Source: Atractiella rhizophila (Eukaryota). From it: DNA of 46,392 bases. Positions 12,122 through 24,108 of this stretch are shown here, piece by piece. The stretch lies in contig MU271266.1 of the NCBI GenBank assembly GCA_021432655.1, positions 66,288 to 112,679 of the forward strand, written 5' to 3'. Under the pieces are notes generated by a model. It made no database searches. It saw nothing but the letters and a program-made list of their open reading frames with translations, and had not been told where the DNA came from. Numbering within the stretch: position 1 is the stretch's first letter; each line of letters begins with the position of its first letter. A program made the translations under genes and the position numbers.

Positions 12122-13387
12122 ATGCTTTCCCAAGAGACAGGAGGTACTTTCCGCTCAACTATCATGAATCCGCCCCAGTCAACATCTTCGGGTCATACAA
12201 CTCCTCAATCTCGCTCTTCCCTGTCTGGAGATCACGGCAATTACTTTAATAACTCCTCCTCGACTTTATCCTCCCATCATCACGATTCTCCCTTCAGCTC
12301 TTACATCCCTCACGATGCCACGTACGCAAAACCGGATCCATCTTCCGTAGAAAAGATCAACATCGATCCATATCGAATGGACACGCCAGACGATGAGAAT
12401 GGAAAGCCTCGTTGCCCAGTGGCACATCATATCAACCCCAGCGACGTCAAACACGATCTAGATGCTCGAATCGACTACATGACGAAATTCTTAGGGTTTG
12501 ACGAACGCGACATCGCACACATCAAACACGTCGCGCCATTAATCAAGGAGCTGATCCCTGGATTGGTCGACCATCTTTACGCCAAATTATTCGAGTTCGA
12601 TATCACCAAGAAAGTTTTCCTGTTACGGGGTTCCGTAAGTCTTTTTCTTTTCACACCACTCAATCGTATTTGTTTGTTCAACGGTATTTCTGGCTTCACT
12701 TTCTTTTCATTCTTGAGTAGTCACTCATGCCTGTTTCCTATTACAATTTCTGTGTCCAACAGGGCTTTGATGGCAACATCCCAAAAAGACTTGAGGACCT
12801 TACGCTCGATTCTGAGCAGATTAAGTTTCGAAAGGTGCGAAATTCTCCTCTTCCGCCGGTTTTAGACCTCACGTATCTTTCAGGTTTTCATGAAGGTCTG
12901 GGCGACGAGAATCCTTACCTCAGATTATACGGACGGTAAAACCTGGGCATATATGGACAAAGTTCGACTTTATTTATTTACAACAGTCACATCCTCAACT
13001 CACATTCATCATAGGTAGGCCTCATGCATACCGGCATTCACGTCTTCAAGAAGCACAAAGTGCTGGGAAATGACCCGCTATTCGTTCCATGTTCGTTCCT
13101 CTTATCCCAACTCTGTCCCGTTTTAACCTTGAGACAGATCGAGACATCGCCTTGACATTAGGATGGGTCTCCAACGTCCTGAATACGAGCGTCTTGTCTC
13201 TTTCGGACCAGCTTCTCACGATGGAGGAAAAGATTGTAACTGTTCAGGCATTGAACAAAGTTATATGGTTGCAAAACGACTTGTTTAGCAGGTACACTCG
13301 TTCTAGAGCATTATGTCCATTTACTAACTGGCCGCTTTTAGGCATTACATTAAAGATTCGAATCCCGCAAATATGCAGGCGCACTGA
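12122..13387 (+). CDS. Protoglobin-family (sensor-type) globin, fungoglobin-like, 5 introns
   Basis: Spliced protein LDARIDYMTKFLGFDERDIAHIKHVAPLIKELIPGLVDHLYAKLFEFDITKKVF..QIKFRK|VFMKVWATRIL..WAYMDK|VGLMHTG (proximal His)..VPYRDIALTLGWV..ALNKVIWLQNDLFSRHY matches the fungal protoglobin pattern. Confidence 0.88.
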
Positions 13388-13606
13388 TGGATAACCGATC
13401 GCCGGTGCACGACTTCAACACCTACCACGCTGCCGTGCAAGTTGAGGGTTAATCAGTCGTCTCATAGACACTTCAAGTTTCAAGTTTACGTTGTTAAGTG
13501 ACTCAAAATGTAACCAGTATAATCGTTGTGATTGAATAGTTTCTCTGTCATTGCGTGTACATTAGGCTCTCACTTCACTGATCCGTAGCTTGGATCAATG
13601 ACATTC

Positions 13607-14931
13607 TCAGCCCTCAAAAACCTTGACGATTGCAAACGATGCCCCAGCAGCCATCCCTCCTACAGCTACTGTTCCAGTGATCCCCTTCAGATATCCCTTC
13701 CATCCGACCTTGGCTCCCGTGTAATACGTTTTGAACGCACCAAACATGACCAATATCACGAACGTCACACCAATGGACCAGAAAAGAGCGATTCTGGCTT
13801 TGTCAATGAAAAAATAAGGCAACTGTCTCCGCTTCGTCAGCGAATCAGAATAGGAACCGGAGGTGGGACACGAACCATAGGTAAAAGTCCGCCAATAGCG
13901 TAACCAGCTGCAATGGTGAAAGCAGAAATGTAAAGTCTCGAGTCCAGCGTCTCCTCCACTCCGTCTCCGAATTTCAGAATGAAAGCGCTCATCCCTACAC
14001 CATCTTGAAACTTGAGTTTCTGTGATTCGATCTCTGGAAAGCTGCTCTTAGGACGTCTCGCGATGGTGTGGAGGAACTGCCTGAACCACGACTGTTCTGA
14101 TGGTGCTTCCTCCTCAGTAGGCAGTGTGTCTTCTGTGGTAAGAAGAGAATGTGCGACTCGTCGACAAAGAGGCGCGTCGACACCTAGAGGAGAGAGGATG
14201 GAGGTCACTTCGCGTTCGAGTTCGCCAACGCATGAGCGCGAAACGCGTTCCCGAGTTGCTTTTCTCATATAGCGATAATGGTCCCGCTCCGCTTCTGAAG
14301 CGAGATAACCTCCAACACCTACAATGAGTTAGCTTTGTATGTTGCAGAAGAAAAGGAATTCACCCATTGAAATGGAGCCGCTAATTAGTTCTGCTAGCCC
14401 TGCGATATATACCAGCCTGACAGCCCGTCTTAGTTCATCTCTTGTTTAAAAATTGAGAGGCATACCGACTACTGTTAAGGGAACTCAACCCAGCTGTCAA
14501 AGCGAAGGGAACTGGAAGATTGTTACGTTAAAATTGGGCTCACTTTGAGTAAGCATAAAAACGGACCAGTTAGTCCGTCTGAAAGCCCGATAATGCTAGC
14601 CAAAAGCTGAGCCGAGGACACGAAGCTATAAAATTGCACATACACATCTCTGACTACTTCCGGCGCGATGAGATTACGCTCGTCTTCCCCTTTCAACTCT
14701 TTGCAGCATACTTTTGTGGGGCGATTGTGCTTGTCACACTGAGCAGACAACTGTCATTGTCTCGTCTTCTAGGCAATAGTAATAACACACCTTCATATTC
14801 AAAGGCTCCTCAATGTCGTCCAGCCCTTGCCTCTCGTTTAGCTCCCAAATTGGCCGCTTCCTTGCTTGCTGTTGCACCTCCTTCGACCTTGGAGGCAAAG
14901 TCAACGAACTGCTGCCATTGTTGGAGTCCAT
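13607..14931 (-). CDS. CCC1: VIT1/CCC1 vacuolar Fe2+/Mn2+ transporter, spliced
   Basis: RD|IIGLSDGLT|VPFALTAGLSSL, AGLAELISGSISMG|VGGYLASEAERDHY, YISAFTIAAGYAIGGLLPM and LVMFGAFKTYYTG are VIT1-family signatures. Confidence 0.93.
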
Positions 14932-15351
14932 TATTTTGCAACGCTTTGGTGTATCGAAGTCGTCTTATTACGTTCACGTTGAGCTTAAGAGGACAGAATG
15001 TGGCAAGTTATTTGGGCTTTTATATGACGAAGATGACAAACAAAGTACTTCTATTGGTCAACCCAATCTCGTTCATTATTGCTGCGTAACCATGTGCCAG
15101 CTTTCCTTCTTTGGAATTGTGCAGCAAGCCCCCAAAGCTTGCAGTTTCACCCTTAGCCTGCTCCTAAACAGTCGTTGAGGAACGACGTCTCGATTCAGCG
15201 AAGCGAAGCCTTTTAGCAAGTCCAAACGCCCGATAAGCAGGAGCCAAGGAATATAAATTTTATTGTGGTTACTTTTGGTATGTAATTCAAGCATTGTTGT
15301 CTCAAATTTCTTAAGGGTTGGTCGGTTGTGTTGCTTCCAGTGAGCATTACG

Positions 15352-16407
15352 ATGGCTACTCTGATAGCTCGGACCCTGCCCCAGAAGCTTTCTGCCAAAA
15401 TTGTTATCCGCACATTTTCGAGTGCTCCCAAAGGATGTCGTGTTGCACTTCCCCACCTCGCCGCCAACGCGTTCAAGACTTCAACTCGAACTTTCTCGGT
15501 TGCCAGTGTGCAAATGACCGCTCAGAAAACCACGGACGTCAAGAAGACGAGTGCTGCAGCGACCGAAAAGGCTGGAAAACGTAAGAAGGCAACGCATCCG
15601 GATCAACCCAAGAAACGTGCGTTCCTCAGTTTCTAACAATGCAGTTGTGCTGAATGGAAGCGTACATATAGTGAAATCGGTTGTGAAACCACCTAAGGTT
15701 CCAGCAAGCGCATCAATGCAGTTTGCGAAGGAATTTGCTGCCGTACGTCTCCTTTGAGTCAAAAACGCAACAGCACTGACTACCATGAGCATCGGTAGAT
15801 ATCAAAGGCGGAAGGGAAGAAATACAACATGTCAGAGATGCACGCTGCATGGAAGAACCTCTCTCCAACGGAGCGTGAAGTATGTTTCTGTCTTTCAAGT
15901 TGCATCTAAGCAACTTGGAACAGGTTTACAAACAACGATCGCTCCAAGCCAAGCGAGATTACGAGGTGGAACTCCAGAGGTTCATGGCGTCTCTTTCTCC
16001 AGCTGAGATCGAGTACGAGAATCGAGTTCGAAAACAAAAGGCCAGCAACAGCAAGAAGAACAAGCGAGCTTATCTCTTAGTTGACCCTCGAAAGCCCAAG
16101 CGGCCTATCAATGGCTATCTACGGTTCAATGACGCTGCGCGTGCCGACCCTGCCAAGTTCAACCTCACTCTGTCGACCGAACCAGCCAGGCAAGGAATCA
16201 TAGCCAATCAGAGATTGTTTGCAGAAAAATGGAGGACTATGTCGGATGAAGAGAAGAGGGTATGCTCGTCTCTTCATTTCCCAAAAGGCAGAAATTGACT
16301 TGGGCTCGTAGCCTTTCGTTGCCGAGGCGGAACAAGAATTGGCGAAGTACGAGATCCAGTTGGCAGAGTATAAGAGGGAGAGGGGTACAGATACCGAACA
16401 TAAGTAG
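15352..16407 (+). CDS. Tandem HMG-box protein with predicted mitochondrial presequence (Abf2/TFAM-like nucleoid protein)
   Basis: Arg/Ser/Thr-rich, acid-free N-terminus (MATLIARTLPQKLSAKIVIRTFSS..RTFSVAS). HMG box 1 PPKVPASASMQFAK..WKNLSPTEREVYKQRS. HMG box 2 DPRKPKRPINGYLRF..WRTMSDEEKR|PFVAEAEQELAKY. Confidence 0.82.
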
Positions 16408-16659
16408 AGGTTTTGGAGAACAACCCCAATTTTCTTCGCCTTCGTGACTTGCGATGTTTAATCATCGATGTGTCCACCTCTTTTCGCTTTTGTTATTTCA
16501 TAAACCACGAGCCAACCTGGTTTATTGTTTGAGATATCTTGCAACTACTCAAGTTTCCGATTCCGTGTTCAACAAGGGCCGTACGAGTGCCAATGGACTA
16601 TAAAGAGCAATGAAGAACAAAATCACTCATTAAGGGGCAAGAACAGGTATCCAAATAGT

Positions 16660-18161
16660 TTAGGATCGGTAAAGGGCACGTTTAGCGACTTTGACAATGA
16701 CCGAGGTCTCAGGGAAAGCCATTCGCTCCAAGTTAGCAGCGTAAGGTGTGGGCAGGTCAGCTCCCGTCACACGCTCTACTGGCGCATCCAAACTGCCAAA
16801 AAAAAATATGAGAAATGGACGCAGGAAGGTAAGGGGACGCACTAATCGAATGCCTCGCTCTCAAGAATTTGAGCTGCAATTTCTGCTCCGACACCGAACA
16901 TGGGGAAACCTCCTTCAACAGTGACCAACCTACCCAGCGAAGTCAGATGGGAGGAGAATAAACGAGTGGAAGCATACCGGTTGGTCTTTTTGACGCTGGC
17001 AACGATGGTATCCATATCAAGAGGTCTGATACTCCTCAGATTGATAACCTCCGCCTTCACGCCTTCCTCCTTCTCCAAAATCTCCGCCGCCTCCATACAA
17101 AGCGAAACCATCCTGGAGTGCCCCACCAGGGTGATGTCTTTGCCCTCTCGCTCAACCTTCGCCTTGCCAATGGGGATGAGGAAGTCGTCTTTGAGCGCCT
17201 CCTTGGAGACGGGGAAAGAGGCACCGTAGAGGATTTCGTTTTCGAGGACACAGACTGGGTTGGGATCACGGATGGCGGACTTCAGGAGACCCTTGCAGTC
17301 TTCCGCTGACCAGGGGGAAACAACTTTCAATCCCGGGATCTGGCCGTACCTGATGCAGAGTAAGCTTCACGAAGAGTGCAATGTATGTGCAAGGCAGAGA
17401 CGGACCAAGCGGCATAGTCTTGAGAGTGTTGAGCGGCCACACCAGCAGCTGCTCCGTTGGGACCACGGAAAACGATTGGGCATGGAACGTTTCCGCCAGA
17501 CATGTAGTACGTCTTTCCTGCTGAGTTGACAATTTGGTCAATAGCCTATGTGTCTATGTAAGCTCCAGCCGCAAAGTGGGAGGTAAAACACACACCTGCA
17601 TGGCAAAGTTCCAAGTCATGAACTCGCAGATTGGGCGAAGACCAGCGAAAGCAGCTCCAACTGCAAGACCCGCGAACCCCATCTCGGTAATTGGCGTGTC
17701 CACCACACGCTTGTCGCCATATTTATCCCACAAACCCTTTGTTACCTGACAAGAAACAGGGATGAGGCGAAGTCTATCAACTAAAGGACGCGCCATACCT
17801 TGTAAGCTCCGTTATACTGAGCCACCTCCTCTCCAAGAATGAAAACATTCGGGTCTCGGGTCATCTCCTCATCCATAGCCTGGTTCAGCGCTTCACGGCA
17901 GGTCATCTTCCTCCATCCAAAACAGTTGCATAAACGTCAACAATTCCCTTCCCATTCGTCAAACGATAGAATGCGCACCTCCCCACCCTCTTGACTAGAA
18001 GCCGACCTCTTCTGTCCGACTAACGAAGGCCTAGCATTGATCATAGCAGCCTTAACACCGACCGTCTTCTGCCATGCTGGAGAAGGGATGGACAGCCGGC
18101 TCGAGTTGGAAAATTGGCGGAGAGTCGTGGACACAGGGCGGAGTAATGAGCGGCTGGCCAT
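16660..18161 (-). CDS. PDB1: Pyruvate dehydrogenase E1 beta subunit, mitochondrial
   Basis: [77 protein letters not shown] and [13 protein letters not shown]-terminal presequence present. Confidence 0.97.
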
Positions 18162-18505
18162 GATGTTGATAAAATTGTTTGGAGGGCGAAAGACAGAAAG
18201 GAAGCGAAGAACGACACGCGGTGGTTTGGTGAGCTTGGGGTTGGAAATTTTTGGGTCAACTCGGCACCCCGGCCCAGTCGCATTTTTGGAGATTGTGTTA
18301 TATTCCACCAATACTTTCTAGCTTTGGATATAAAGCTGTTGATATGAAGCAGAAAGACGAAAGCATGAAAGTACTGATCAGATGAAGGTTCACGAATTTG
18401 AGTCTATATACAGGTGCTTCCAGCAAAGATTCTTACACTCCAACATGAAATCTGGCTCATTCAATCTGGTACCAACGAGCGAATGATCCTCTGAATCAAA
18501 TATCT

Positions 18506-20365
18506 CTATGCGACAACTTTCTTCACGTCATCCTTCCGTTCCTCCGGTACCTCATCAGGGAGAAGCGGCGTCTTCGTAACACGGGGAGTAGTGAGATCGC
18601 TGAGGGCTTCATCAGTATTAGCGTATCCATTAGTTTTCAGCGAGATCTCCTGAATCTGCTTGACGACCTTCCTATTCTCATCTTCATCGACGTTGGACGT
18701 GCTAGACCGCCTCGAAGAGAATGAGGACGGCGTGTTCGTGCCACTGCTACCCCTGAAGATAGAGCTTTCCGGCGTCTCGATGGTGTTTGGATCAGGAGCT
18801 TGATCCCCCAACACGTCGTCGCCACAGTCGTGTGACGCCGTATCTTTCCTAGAAGGCCGACGCGGTCGTTCTTCTTCCTTCAAATCCTCTTCAGAGACAG
18901 GGGTGTGTTCCGCCGCAGCGGTGCCATTCATCATCACTCCATTCGGTTTAGTCTCTTCCTCCGCTACTTCTCCGCCCTTGATGATCCACTCGTCCTCTCC
19001 CACCCTTCCTCCGGCCTTCTTCCACCGTTCGAACTGCTCCTCCCTTCTCTGCTTACACAGCTTTGCAAGGGCGGGGTAGAATTCTTCATGCTTGTACTCG
19101 AAGTCGAGGTCTCCTTTGAACATTGCCTTTTCGAGTTGAGAGGGAGGAACGAGTGCACGGACGTCGGGATTGAAGCGGATCTTATCCTTCGTGATTGGAT
19201 CAATGAACGGACCTAGGAGCTTGTAAAATCCCCAAAAGAGCATTGGAACTGTGTTTCATTCACACCATCAATCAGTCTTCCTTCCGTCTCTGGAAAAGAA
19301 AAGGGGAAATACAACGGACCATTGATGCAAACTGCTCGTCCTAACCTTTCACAATAATACGTTTGCAGAATCTCCAACACCTTCTTCGCCTGTCCCGGTG
19401 TCGTTGGTTGACCGCCACCACCTACTCCAGACCCGAAATCGATCATGAGACAGAGATTCTCAACACCGGGAGGCATGAGATCTATTGCCCGTTCTAGTGT
19501 CCAGACCACGAACTGGATCTGGCGGGGAGAAACTTTGGTATTTTGTCGGTAGGGATACATGTAAAGGCATGGCCGCCGATCTAATTCATTTGTCTTTCAG
19601 TCATTATAAGGAAACAAAGTAATGAAGAACGTACGATTGTCGTGTCCTAGCACCATCTGTTTACCGGTCTTGCTCTGTTAACAAGAAAAATCAGCCCCTT
19701 TCATTCTGCTGACAAGGCCCAAACGAGAAGCGCTGATGTAAAGCAGATGCGAAATGACGGGCATTTCCATCAAGTGCTTTCTTAACGATCCCAACGGCAA
19801 AAGTCTAGCAATGACATACCTCTTCCTCTACCACATCCTCTGTAAGCTCATCCACTCCATATTCCCTCCTCCAAGTCGTGGTGACTTCGGCCCGTTCCAA
19901 TGTCCTGAATTCATCGCCCTTAACAGCCCTGAGGAATCGTCCAAACTGCTGACTGGTGAGAAACCATTTCTCCCACTCCGTAAGCGGACGCCAATCCTCT
20001 GGATGTTTTTGCTGCGCTTCGAGCGCTGCTTTTCGATATGAAGAATAGGAAGGCGAGATTTGAGGAGAGGGAGAGTACCGAGAGGGTATGAATTTTGATC
20101 GAGATTTTTGAAAAGCCTTCAGCGCCTTCACGCTCGTGGCTGCGATGTCATCAATACCGCATCCGTTCCATTTCCAGAATCAATCAGAAAATACACTCAT
20201 GACGGTTAAGACGGAAGACTCACGCAGGAGAAAGTCCGGGCTTCCAAAGTGAACAACAAGCGTCGCGATGATCTGTTCGTAATTCGGGATGGTCTGTATG
20301 GCGGGCGGAGGAGGAGGCAGCTGGGTGGTTGGATCTGGCTCAGGGATGGGAGATGAGACTGCCAT
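18506..20365 (-). CDS. PDR16: CRAL-TRIO/Sec14-family phosphatidylinositol transfer protein (Pdr16/Pdr17-like)
   Basis: LTEWEKWFLTSQQFGRFLRAVK..TTTWRREYGV, KTGKQMVLGHD, RPCLYMYPYRQNT..QIQFVVWTLERAIDLMPPGVENL, LQTYYCERLGRA and FIDPITKDKIRFN. Confidence 0.9.
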
Positions 20366-21854
20366 GATGCTTGGAGGAGTGCAGCTGGTGGTTTGACGTA
20401 GAAAGAACTTGGAATGGGATTCCGCCTTGCCTGGGCTTGGCCTTAGATAAACGCAAGCCGTTGGCCGGGAGCTGTGAGACCGATCTGTGTCATAATCCAG
20501 CCCGACATTGGACGACCGACATTTCACGTCCAAAGCTGTTCAATCATCAACATAGTCAAGCGGAATGTGAGGGTCATGCTGAGAGCCGTAGGTGGGTTGA
20601 TTTCAAAGCAGTCCAGATGTCGGAGGACGTGACTAAGGATGCTGACTGTGTGTCGCCAAAGTTATCAATGAACGTGTGTACATCGTGTCGCAAAGTGCAG
20701 TGGGAAGGGATGGTGTGAAATGAGCAGAGGGGGACGTAGTAGGCGTTTCACGCACAAAGTTGCTGTGAAACGACGCGTTCAATTTGTGAACTCCAATTTC
20801 AGACTCTACGTGAAATATTGAACACGATATTTTAAACTACCTCAGTTTAAGGTCGCTTACTTGGATATATTATGTTCAGTGTAACACATTTTGGTGCACG
20901 TTTCTTGAAATTACTGTGTCGAAGCAGTGTGTAATTTGTGTGACAATATTACAAATAAATAGTATATGCCATATGACGCCGTTTTGTTTTGAAAATCACA
21001 TGAAAATTCTGTCTTTTTCGTCGAGTTAATGTGGCAGGCCATAGGTTATCCCTTCACGTTGAAGGTATTTGGCTGAAGTTTGGCGGAAAGAAATGGTATT
21101 GGAAATTCAGAAAATGAATATACGCTGATTCGGACGGTTATATCGCTCACCATATTGCTAAGTACTGTATGAGGCCGCATGCGAGCTTTACGAAGTAGGC
21201 CGGTGCCGATTAAACACAAAACAAAGAGAAAAGACGCGTTTTTCACTATCTTTGTGAAATTCTGCCTTGTTTGTTCATTTCTAGGTCCAAGTATTGGAGT
21301 TCGTGTTTTCTGATCACTGACCAAAATTGTGAACGGACATTGTGAACGGAATCATTAACGAGTCTTTAAAAACCTAATATGCAAATGGAAATCGAATCGA
21401 AGTTGATGAAGAAGCCGAAGCAATCTGTTCCTTGTCCCTAAGCTCTCCCGAGCAAATCTTTCCGATTTGCCAATGTGCTGGATATGCTCGATGATAAGGC
21501 GTACGACGCTGAACTAGGAGTAGCAAATGCTCAGTCAGTATCATCAGAAGGAAATGACAATCTAACGTGGTATGACAATTATGTCAACCTGTTCTTAGAC
21601 GAGTATGCGAATGTTATGCAAGAGCATTGTCAGTTTGAGTGTCAAGCACAGCGTACACTTTCAATGCGGAAGATGATGGGCCGAAGGATTGCTAGTGGCC
21701 TCGATTGATCATGCCACTATGATAATAAACACAAAGTATTGAGCGACAAGTCTATCTACATCACCAAATATTCCTATATTTTTCTACACTACGACAGTAA
21801 GACAGATGGCTTGGAAAGCGTAGGAATGGCGGACCGTTTCTTCCATACGTACAT

Positions 21855-22397
21855 TCATGACTGAAGCGCAGGTCCTTCATCTCCATAAATGGGATCTCTA
21901 TCAAACCACTTTAGTTTGCTGATCCTCTCCGTTACCTCCTCTAGTTCCGCTTCATCTCCTTTACAGTTATCCCAATTTGTTCCTTTTGGATAGCTCCCCA
22001 CCATTTCATAACCGCCCTCCAAATCTTCCAACAGACGATGTGCCACTCCAGCAGGGACAATGATTACATCACCTTTCTTCACCGTTGTTTCCACACGCTC
22101 TGGATTCTCTTCACCCCCAAAACAGAGAGACGCGCTGCCTTGCGAGACGCAGAGGACTTCATGTGCTGTGGAGTGGAAGTGAGAGAAAGAATACATTGTG
22201 TAGGTCCACTGCGGAGCGACCACTCCAATACTGGAAAGGTGGTTGCAGATTTCGGAGGAGGAGGTGGTAGAGGGGAAGACGGAGCGGTAGATTAGGAGTG
22301 GTTTTGAGAGGACGGACGTGTTTGGAAAGCCCTTGAACAGTGGAATACGGTGCTTCTCGACTCGGATGTCGTTCACGTTGGCAATTTGGACAGCCAT
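21855..22397 (-). CDS. Cupin-domain protein, YjlB-like, intronless
   Basis: Cupin motif 1 HFHSTAHEVL, motif 2 GDVIIVPAGVAH, plus FPN..PLLIYR, MVGSYP and DPIYG typical of the YjlB group. Confidence 0.88.
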   Translation of the reverse strand: MAVQIANVNDIRVEKHRIPLFKGFPNTSVLSKPLLIYRSVFPSTTSSSEICNHLSSIGVVAPQWTYTMYSFSHFHSTAHEVLCVSQGSASLCFGGEENPERVETTVKKGDVIIVPAGVAHRLLEDLEGGYEMVGSYPKGTNWDNCKGDEAELEEVTERISKLKWFDRDPIYGDEGPALQS

Positions 22398-22520
22398 TTT
22401 CTGGTATCGTGATGAGCGAACAGATGGCAATGGGCAAAGGCGTAACAACTTGAAAGTTAGGTAGCTGGCAAAATGACGCAGTTGATGCAGGTTAATGCAG
22501 CCTGCTAAGGATAATTCTTA

Positions 22521-22531
22521 TAGGGTTAGGG
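22521..22531 (+). promoter_or_regulatory. Telomere-like TAGGGTTAGGG (telo-box / Tbf1-type site) in cupin-TCTP divergent promoter
   Basis: Two tandem (T)TAGGG units ~100 nt upstream of the TCTP ATG. Confidence 0.35.
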
Positions 22532-22628
22532 TCCTGATCTCTAAAATTTCTTTCCTTGCTGATCGGGTTGCCCATCGAATCAATCTCTTCCATCCTTTTG
22601 AGCTCTTCAGCGCCTGTTCCACTACGCG

Positions 22629-23469
22629 ATGTTGCTATATACCGATGTTGTCTCAGGTACTATCCTTTGAAGCTCAAATTGAGCTGATGCTGACTTGTGA
22701 TGCGAAACAGGCGATGAGCTGATCTCTGATGCCTACAAGGTACGTCTTTCATGTCCAATTAAAAGGAAACAGGGTATTGATAGACTCTCATGTTTCCTTC
22801 TTGATTAGCTTATTGACGTTGATGACATCGTTTACGAAGTCGATGCGGCGATGGTGGTTGTCAAAGAAGGAGAGGTCGACATCGGAGGTAAAGCTTCCAT
22901 CACCAAAGTTTTCGCCCGCTCAATTTGTGCAATGCAGCAAATCCTTCCGCCGAAGAAGCGGAAGAAGGTGTCGATTCTACCGAGGAGAAGGTGAACAACA
23001 TCGCTCACTCTTTCCGGCTTACATCTACTGCCTTCGACAAGAAGAGCTATATGACTTATCTCAAGGTAGTTTCTAGGTGCAGTCATGTGGAGCAATGTCT
23101 AACGAGATCTGAAGGGATACCTCAAGGCTGTCAAGGCCCACCTTCAGGAGACCAATCCTGATCGTATTCCTATCTTTGAGAAGAAAGCTCAGGAATTTGC
23201 CAAGAAGTACGCAACAATCTTGTCTATCTGACTTTCACGACTTGACAACATTTGGCGTCAGAGTGGTCGCAAATATTAAAGACTACGAATTCTGGACTGG
23301 AGAGACCATGAACCCTGACGGCATGGTCCCTCTCATGAACTACCGAGTTAGTCCTCCTGTTTTCTTCGTATGTTCCGACCTCACTCAATGTCTACTCTGA
23401 TACTAGGAGGATGGAGTCACTCCCTACTTCATTTTCTGGAAAGATGGCATGAAGGAGGTCAAACTCTGA
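22629..23469 (+). CDS. TMA19: Translationally controlled tumour protein (TCTP), 6 introns
   Basis: MLLYTDVVSG|DELISDAY, VDIG|ANPSAEE, FDKKSYMTYLK|GYLKAVK, GETMNPDGMV and NYR|EDGVTPYFIFWKDG..VKL*. Confidence 0.97.
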
Positions 23470-24100
23470 GCAACCCTTGTCCGCCGCGTTGCATTTTGGA
23501 TTGGGCCCCGATTAATTCATATTTCTGTATCGCTGTTGTTTATTCCTCGTGGTATGGTCTGGGAAATGGTCTGATAGAGGCTTTGGAAAATGTTGTTGAA
23601 AGAGCGTGTCGATTCAGCTAGCCGAATTGCATCATCCTGTCTACACCATCACTCTAGTTGGAAGAAGTTGGGAACAGTCAGGAACAGTTATACGAGACCA
23701 GTCTCGTGTCACGCAACTGTATAAAAGTCCGCCACGACAGCTACCAATGCCCCTGGCAGGTCCTGAGCACGAAAACTCTTGAATAGCACGCAGCAGTCCA
23801 TAGTGCTGAAAGTAGTGTTGAAGCATTATGTTAACTCGCACGATTTATTTGCTGCCGACCCATGGTGGGCTGTTCGTATTTATGTTTTAAGGCCAAAGGT
23901 ACGATGGCTCACGACTTGCGATCATGTCGAATACTTTATCCTAGGCTTCCACATCTTGGCTCGGGTCAGTTGTGGGTTGCTTTTTTTTTTCAAGGGCACA
24001 CTCCCTGGCCGCCATGACATGGTGCGGCAGAAATCTTCTCCAGCATCTACACTCCCCGCATACGACGGCAAGAAGATGCCTGCTGTCTACCGAGTGGAAT

Positions 24101-24108
24101 TATATAAA
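24101..24108 (+). promoter_or_regulatory. TATA box of decarboxylase gene
   Basis: TATATAAA ~65 nt upstream of ATG 24171. Confidence 0.55.

Noticed and set aside
21326..21350. Tandem ATTGTGAACGGA duplication
   Set aside because: Two copies of 12 nt, probably a local slippage event; not a CRISPR-like or satellite array.
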